The notes beneath the pieces were generated by a model. That model had not been told where the DNA came from. It saw nothing but the letters and a program-made list of their open reading frames with translations, and ran no database searches. 64,000 nucleotides of DNA from an uncultured Clostridia bacterium (GTDB lineage Bacteria > Bacillota > Clostridia > Christensenellales > UBA1242). Shown here one piece after another: positions 59,756 through 64,000 of the stretch (the stretch's first letter is position 1; each line of letters starts with the position of its first letter). The stretch covers positions 1 to 64,000 of the forward strand of contig CALWPI010000001.1 in the NCBI GenBank assembly GCA_944383385.1. The letters are read 5' to 3'. The translations under genes and the position numbers were made by a program.

Positions 59756-61591
59756 ATGAAGAAAAATATAAGAAATATAGCTATAATTGCACACGTTGAC
59801 CATGGTAAGACATCACTTGTGAATGAGATGTTGAAGCAAGGTGGTGTTTTTAGAGAAAATCAAGAAGTTCAAGACCGTGTAATGGATAGTGGTGAGATTG
59901 AAAGAGAAAGAGGAATTACCATTTTATCAAAAAACACATCATGCATGTTTGAAGGAGTCAAAATAAATATAATTGATACACCAGGACACGCAGATTTTGG
60001 TGGAGAAGTTGAAAGAATTTTGAAAATGGTAGACGGTGTTCTTTTGGTGGTCGACGCATTTGAAGGACCAATGCCACAGACTAGATTTGTTCTTGAAAAA
60101 GCATTAGCACTCAATCATAAAGTTATAGTAGTTGTAAATAAGATTGATAAAAAAGATGCTCGTTGTCATGAAGTTATAGATGAAGTATTGGAGTTATTTC
60201 TCGACCTTGATGCCAATGACGAACAACTCAACAGCCCATTTATCTTTGCTTCTGCAAGATTAGGAGTGGCTAGTGATGACCCTGACACATTGGGCACTGA
60301 TATGAAGCCTTTGTTTAGAAAAATAGTTGAATATATTGATGCACCAGAAGACAGAGACAATGAACCATTTCAAATGCTAGTAAGTAGCACAGAGCAAAAC
60401 GATTATCTAGGCAAACTTGCAGTAGGCAAAATTGAGCGTGGCGTAGTCAAAATTGGAGACACAATTGCAATAACAAATTATCATGATAATGATACCAAAA
60501 AATCTAATTTCAAAGTAGTCAATATTTTTCAATTTGATGGATTAAAAAGGACTCCTTACGACAGTGCAGATAGTGGTAATATTGTTTGTATCGCAGGTAG
60601 CGAAGAAGTAACTATTGGGGATACATTGTGCGACAAAAACAATATAGAAGCTATTCCTTTTGTTAAAATTAGCGAACCTAGTGTAGAAATGAGCTTTATG
60701 GTCAATAATAGCCCATTTGCAGGCAAAGAAGGCAAATATTGTACAAGTAGACACATTAGAGAAAGATTGTTTAAGGAAGCAGCCAAAGACCTTTCATTGC
60801 GTGTGTTTGAGACAGATAGTGCAGATACATTTAAGGTGCTTGGTAGAGGAGAAATGCATATTTCTATCTTGATTGAAAATATGCGTCGTGATGGATACGA
60901 ATTCCAAGTCAGTATGCCAAAAGTCTTGATAAAAGAAATTGACGGTCAAAAGTGTGAACCAATAGATGATTTGTTTATAGATGTACCAGTAGACTGTGTT
61001 GGGAATATCATAACAGCAATGGGAAATAGAAGAGGCGAATTAATCAACATGACTCCACATGGCAGTCGTACAAAACTTGAATTTCACATTCCTGCACGTG
61101 GACTATTTGGATACAAGAGCGAATTTATGACATCCACTCGTGGTGAAGGAATAATGAATAGTATATTCTATGAATACGAGCCATACAAGGGACATATTGA
61201 TAGGAGAAATTATGGTGCGCTTATTGCATATGAAACAGGAGAGGCAGTTATATACGGACTCTACAACTCACAAGAACGTGGTAAACTACTCATTACACCA
61301 GGCGAAAAAGTGTATGGTGGTATGATTGTTGGAATGAATCCAAAGGGAGGAGACATTGTTGTCAATGTATGCAAGAAAAAGCAATTGACAAATATGCGTA
61401 GTAGCGCATCTGATGAGGCATTGAGACTCGAACCAGTCAAGAAATTGACACTTGAAGAATGTTTGGAGTTCCTTGATGATGATGAGCTTTTGGAAGTCAC
61501 ACCAACATCACTTCGACTTCGTAAAATCATACTCGACCACACTCAAAGAGGTCGTGCTGATTTTAGAAAGAAAAATAATATTGATTTATAA
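59756..61591 (+). CDS. typA: Translational GTPase TypA/BipA
   Basis: GGAGAAGG RBS then ATG at 59756. IRNIAIIAHVDHGKTSLV, DTPGHADF and NKIDK motifs, with EF-G-like domains. Confidence 0.9.
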   Translation: MKKNIRNIAIIAHVDHGKTSLVNEMLKQGGVFRENQEVQDRVMDSGEIERERGITILSKNTSCMFEGVKINIIDTPGHADFGGEVERILKMVDGVLLVVDAFEGPMPQTRFVLEKALALNHKVIVVVNKIDKKDARCHEVIDEVLELFLDLDANDEQLNSPFIFASARLGVASDDPDTLGTDMKPLFRKIVEYIDAPEDRDNEPFQMLVSSTEQNDYLGKLAVGKIERGVVKIGDTIAITNYHDNDTKKSNFKVVNIFQFDGLKRTPYDSADSGNIVCIAGSEEVTIGDTLCDKNNIEAIPFVKISEPSVEMSFMVNNSPFAGKEGKYCTSRHIRERLFKEAAKDLSLRVFETDSADTFKVLGRGEMHISILIENMRRDGYEFQVSMPKVLIKEIDGQKCEPIDDLFIDVPVDCVGNIITAMGNRRGELINMTPHGSRTKLEFHIPARGLFGYKSEFMTSTRGEGIMNSIFYEYEPYKGHIDRRNYGALIAYETGEAVIYGLYNSQERGKLLITPGEKVYGGMIVGMNPKGGDIVVNVCKKKQLTNMRSSASDEALRLEPVKKLTLEECLEFLDDDELLEVTPTSLRLRKIILDHTQRGRADFRKKNNIDL

Positions 61592-61640
61592 AATATTCAG
61601 TAATTATTTAATAAAATATATATAATTTTAGATAAAAACA

Positions 61641-61669
61641 TTGACATTTAGTCATTATTATACTAGAAT
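61641..61669 (+). promoter_or_regulatory. Putative sigma-A promoter TTGACA-17-TAGAAT for rplM-rpsI
   Basis: TTGACA at 61641-61646 and TAGAAT at 61664-61669, with a ~65-nt leader. Confidence 0.4.
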
Positions 61670-61737
61670 TATAAAGCGAATATGCAATTAGCCCCTGCAT
61701 ATCAAATTGAAAAAATAAAACATTTTAGGAGAAATAT

Positions 61738-62181
61738 ATGAAAACAGTTATGACAAATGCTCAAACTGTGGAAAGAGAGTGGTTGTTAGTAGACGCTGCC
61801 AATATTCCACTAGGAAGAGTCGCTAGTCAAGTTGCTGCTATCCTTCGTGGAAAGCACAAACCTACATACACTCCACATTTTGATGCAGGAGATTATGTAA
61901 TAGTAATTAATACAGACAAAATGGTCCTTACTGGAAACAAAATGGAAGAAAAATTGTATCGCCATTATTCAGGATATCCAGGTGGATTAAAAGAAATCTC
62001 ATACAAAGACCTTATGGCAAATCGTAGTGATTTCGCACTAGAAGTTGCAGTAAAGGGAATGTTGCCAAAGAACTCATTGGGACGTCAAATGTTCACAAAA
62101 CTACATTGCTACAAAGGTGCAACACATCCTCATACAGCACAAAAACCAAGAAAAATTGAAATCAAGGGGGAAGTTAGATAA
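61738..62181 (+). CDS. rplM: 50S ribosomal protein L13
   Basis: [37 protein letters not shown] is canonical L13. Confidence 0.95.
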   Translation: MKTVMTNAQTVEREWLLVDAANIPLGRVASQVAAILRGKHKPTYTPHFDAGDYVIVINTDKMVLTGNKMEEKLYRHYSGYPGGLKEISYKDLMANRSDFALEVAVKGMLPKNSLGRQMFTKLHCYKGATHPHTAQKPRKIEIKGEVR

Positions 62182-62594
62182 TGGCAAAGGCAGTCAAAAA
62201 TGTCAAGACAGTATCATTTGCAGGTACTGGTCGTAGAAAACAAAGTATTGCTCGTGTTAGACTTGTTCCTGGTCAAGGTCAATTTGTGGTCAATGGTAAA
62301 AATCTTGATGAATATTTTGGTCATGGTACACACAAGTCTGTTGCTAAACAACCTTTAACACTTACAAAGACAGAAGAAAAATATGATGTTACTGTCAATG
62401 TCAATGGTGGTGGATTCACAGGTCAAGCTGGTGCTATCCGTCACGGTGTTGCTCGTGCACTATGCAAAGCAGACGAACAACTTCGTCCTGAACTCAAAAA
62501 AGCAGGTTACTTGTCTCGTGATGCAAGAGTCAAAGAGAGAAAGAAATATGGTCTCAAAAAGGCTCGTAAAGCACCACAATTTAGAAAGAGATAA
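62181..62594 (+). CDS. rpsI: 30S ribosomal protein S9
   Basis: [14 protein letters not shown]...[17 protein letters not shown] is canonical S9. Confidence 0.95.
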   Translation: MAKAVKNVKTVSFAGTGRRKQSIARVRLVPGQGQFVVNGKNLDEYFGHGTHKSVAKQPLTLTKTEEKYDVTVNVNGGGFTGQAGAIRHGVARALCKADEQLRPELKKAGYLSRDARVKERKKYGLKKARKAPQFRKR

Positions 62595-62601
62595 TATTTT
62601 G

Positions 62602-62630
62602 AAGAGATACTTTGGTATCTCTTTTTTTTG
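62602..62630 (+). terminator. Rho-independent terminator
   Basis: agagatac tttg gtatctct hairpin followed by T8. Confidence 0.7.
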
Positions 62631-62645
62631 TACATTTTGTCGCTG

Positions 62646-62675
62646 TTGACTAAACTATAAAATGTGTTGTATAAT
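62646..62675 (+). promoter_or_regulatory. Putative sigma-A promoter TTGACT-18-TATAAT
   Basis: TTGACT at 62646-62651 and TATAAT at 62670-62675, ahead of the lipoprotein gene. Confidence 0.4.
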
Positions 62676-62695
62676 AATTATATATGGAGGCGTTT

Positions 62696-63592
62696 ATGTC
62701 CAAAAAAATAAGTGCTATATTTTCTAGTTTGTTTGTAGTTTTGATGATATTTAGTGTGTTTTTGTTGTCAGCATGTGGTGATACAAAATTTGTCACAGTG
62801 ACCATTCATCAAGATACATTTGATAGATACATTATTGAAGATAACAAAACTGAATTGCGCATAAAAAGAGGCGATGACTTGACGCTTCATTATACAATTA
62901 CTGACGGACTTGAATATGATGAGATACCAGTCTTTAATGTTACATCTAGTGACGGCACAGTTTTCAAGTACGACTTTGTTGAAGGGCAAAATGCTTTTAC
63001 TATAAAGAATATTACAAAAGATGTGACTGTTTCGTGGGCAAATCCACCTTCAAATTCATATAATGTACAGTTTTATAATGGCGATAGTTTGCTTGGGACA
63101 TACAAAACAACTGCAAATCAGTTGGTTAATATGACTTGGCTTGACGAAATACAAGAGATGATGAAGGATACAGATACGCCATATTTAGTCGGCTTATATA
63201 CTGACAGGGCACTAAACACATCTTTTGATGCAACTGCCACAGTTGGACATGATATAAATGTGTATACAAAATGGAATTATGCGCCATGTGTGTTTGTGAC
63301 TCGCACTCCAAATGTAGATTTTGTATCACAATCTTCTAGTCTTTCAGACCTTACTGCTGTTCAAGAATGGAGCTATTTTGATTATAAAATATATGAACAA
63401 CCAAATGAGGCTGGGTCAAAATGTTCTTTTATGGTGACTGGGACAAGTGAATTGCATATATACAATATGTTTGGTACAAAAGGAAATGATTTGAAAACAG
63501 ATTTGATAACAGGCACTATTGCAGAAGGCGAAAGATATGTGTATACTCTTGATGCGACAAAAATAACGAGTTCAATCTTAATATCATTTTAG
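62696..63592 (+). CDS. Hypothetical lipoprotein (298 aa)
   Basis: GGAGG RBS then ATG at 62696. MSKKISAIFSSLFVVLMIFSVFLLSACGD is a signal peptide plus lipobox. Confidence 0.6.
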   Translation: MSKKISAIFSSLFVVLMIFSVFLLSACGDTKFVTVTIHQDTFDRYIIEDNKTELRIKRGDDLTLHYTITDGLEYDEIPVFNVTSSDGTVFKYDFVEGQNAFTIKNITKDVTVSWANPPSNSYNVQFYNGDSLLGTYKTTANQLVNMTWLDEIQEMMKDTDTPYLVGLYTDRALNTSFDATATVGHDINVYTKWNYAPCVFVTRTPNVDFVSQSSSLSDLTAVQEWSYFDYKIYEQPNEAGSKCSFMVTGTSELHIYNMFGTKGNDLKTDLITGTIAEGERYVYTLDATKITSSILISF

Positions 63593-63595
63593 TGA

Positions 63596-63626
63596 AAAAG
63601 ACAAGTTTTGCTTGTCTTTTTTGTTG
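63596..63626 (+). terminator. Rho-independent terminator
   Basis: aaagacaag ttttg cttgtcttt hairpin followed by T-rich sequence. Confidence 0.65.
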
Positions 63627-63768
63627 TAAAAAATAATATTATAGTATAAACTAAATTATATTTTGAAAATATTGAGCAAAGGCAATATTTTTTATGGAAT
63701 AATATATAAAAATATTATAATATTCTGTACATAATATTACTAAAAATTATAATAAAAAAGGAAGACAT

Positions 63769-64000
63769 ATGGAAAAATTTGATACAATTATTATTGGTGC
63801 TGGTCCTGCGGGATTGACTGCAAGTATATATTCAGTTCGTGCTGGTAAAAAAGTTTTGGTACTAGCTGGCGATATGATAGGAGGTCAGGCTAGCCTATCT
63901 AGTGTAGTTGAGAATTATCCTGGATTTGAAAAAATAACAGGTGTTGAACTCGCTATGAAAATGTATTCGCAGGCAAGCAATTTGGGTGCAACAATTGTAT
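63769..64000 (+). CDS. trxB: Thioredoxin-disulfide reductase (5' partial, continues beyond window)
   Basis: FDTIIIGAGPAGLTASIYSVRAGKKVLVL is an FAD-binding GxGxxG Rossmann start. AAGGAAG RBS. Confidence 0.7.
   Translation, partial: MEKFDTIIIGAGPAGLTASIYSVRAGKKVLVLAGDMIGGQASLSSVVENYPGFEKITGVELAMKMYSQASNLGATIV

Noticed and set aside
1-64000. CRISPR arrays, IS elements, prophage genes, toxin-antitoxin pairs
   Set aside because: No regularly spaced direct repeats, transposase/integrase-like ORFs or phage structural genes were seen. The short antisense ORFs inside the large genes lack RBSs and are treated as noise.

Overview
This is an AT-rich (about 30% GC) Firmicutes-type chromosomal segment. 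It probably comes from a spore-forming Clostridia-like lineage, because a clear spoVT homolog followed by a YabM-like MOP flippase is present. Most of the window is core genome.

Core genes, in order:
- rplI
- addB-addA (the AddAB helicase-nuclease)
- A complete, contiguous S10-spc-alpha ribosomal superoperon, running rpsJ through rplQ. It includes secY-adk-map, a small KOW protein, infA and an unannotated rpmJ, with rpsD sitting inside the alpha operon.
- spoVT and a yabM-like flippase, then hup and dusB
- pgk-tpiA-gpmI
- secG-rnr-smpB-ssrA (tmRNA)
- A patatin-like lipase, a CNNM/CorC transporter, typA, rplM-rpsI, and the start of trxB

Accessory or unusual content:
- A pair of very large surface proteins (a 1067-aa lipoprotein and a 2412-aa membrane-anchored protein) inserted between rplQ and spoVT, preceded by a 30-bp palindrome.
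- Ribosomal proteins L24 and L30 carrying long Lys/Thr/Ala-rich histone-H1-like extensions. L24 also has a CxxC...CxxC zinc-ribbon insertion, and L17 has an internal insertion.
- An alternating purine-pyrimidine GC-rich tract plus tandem 23-bp repeats upstream of the S10 promoter.
- A 154-nt structured spacer before rpsM.
- Tandem paralogous Zn-metallopeptidases next to a Cys-rich orphan protein.
- Membrane-anchored coiled-coil proteins.
- An SPFH/zinc-ribbon plus DUF1858 gene pair.

No CRISPR array, transposase, integrase or prophage genes were recognised. All calls are from reading the sequence and translations; no database searches were run.
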